Origin: a virus
Lineage: Duplodnaviria; Heunggongvirae; Uroviricota; Caudoviricetes
Length of the DNA: 22,392 bases
Direction: 5' to 3' (one strand)
Virus record (IMG/VR): IMGVR_UViG_3300038829_000114
The notes beneath the pieces were generated by a model. That model made no database searches. It was not told the origin of the DNA and saw only the letters and a program-made list of their open reading frames with translations. Positions 22,272-22,392 of this stretch are shown piece after piece. Position numbers and translations under genes: made by a program. Each line of letters starts with the position of its first letter. The first letter of the stretch is position 1.

Positions 22272-22307
22272 TCTGGTAAAATAGTCTCTAAGGATAAAGG
22301 AACTTAT

Positions 22308-22392
22308 ATGGCGATGGACAACGAAAAAACAGAAACACACCCTTCTTATGGGTTGGTGCAATTCAGCCGGGTATCTGGTGGAAGCGGAACGA
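22308..22392 (+). CDS. Partial hypothetical protein (ETHPSYG..FSR.SG motif), runs off window
   Basis: ATG 22308 after AAAGGA; open to the edge. Confidence 0.7.
   Translation, partial: MAMDNEKTETHPSYGLVQFSRVSGGSGT

Larger units (their letters stand above)
10563..22290 (+). repeat. TAGAGAC-N21-29-GTCTCTA inverted-repeat/promoter modules, plus-oriented set (~19 copies)
   Basis: Pairs at 10563-10597, 11022-11056, 11656-11696, 12021-12058, 12697-12732, 13907-13946, 14601-14640, 15288-15325, 15475-15517, 15930-15968, 16795-16837, 17411-17450, 17726-17764, 18394-18433, 19129-19164, 19727-19763, 20606-20646, 21547-21582 and 22232-22290 (45-nt spacer). Confidence 0.95.

Noticed and set aside
6932-22290. 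CRISPR array
   Set aside because: Repeats are 7-bp inverted arms separated by whole genes, not 25-45 bp direct repeats with regular short spacers; no cas genes.
6932-22290. Classical integron with attC sites
   Set aside because: No RYYYAAC/GTTRRRY cores and no IntI in the window; kept only as an analogy.
399-22290. Synthetic Golden Gate scars (GAGAC/GTCTC is the core of BsaI, BsmBI and BsmAI sites)
   Set aside because: Arms are degenerate, spacing varies, sites occur inside natural-looking CDSs, and the flanking base is mostly T/A rather than a BsaI or BsmBI context.

Overview
Most likely an early or accessory region of a large tailed-phage (jumbo-like) genome. This is inference from about 58 short, mostly orphan genes, an ArdC-type anti-restriction gene and an HNH-AP2 homing endonuclease; no virion, replication, rRNA or tRNA genes are visible. 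There are three blocks. (i) 1-~6150: AT-rich, tightly packed minus-strand genes, including five diverged paralogs and the HNH-AP2 gene. (ii) ~6570-10500: higher-GC minus-strand genes. (iii) ~10560-22392: higher-GC plus-strand genes. The main unexplained signal is non-coding. The heptamer TAGAGAC/GTCTCTA occurs about 70 times by hand count (about 3 expected at uniform composition). At about 26 gene junctions it forms an inverted pair, TAGAGAC-N18-29-GTCTCTA. The pair starts at the upstream stop codon, encloses the -35 box of a sigma70-type promoter for the next gene, and shows G-T wobble pairing mainly on the sense strand. A second repeated element is an 81-82 bp non-coding unit (4 copies plus 1 diverged) held between two face-to-face promoters, with a conserved scaffold around a variable 24-nt segment. 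Four further structured intergenic RNA candidates and several unannotated small genes are also present. All domain calls are from motif recognition by eye; no searches were run.
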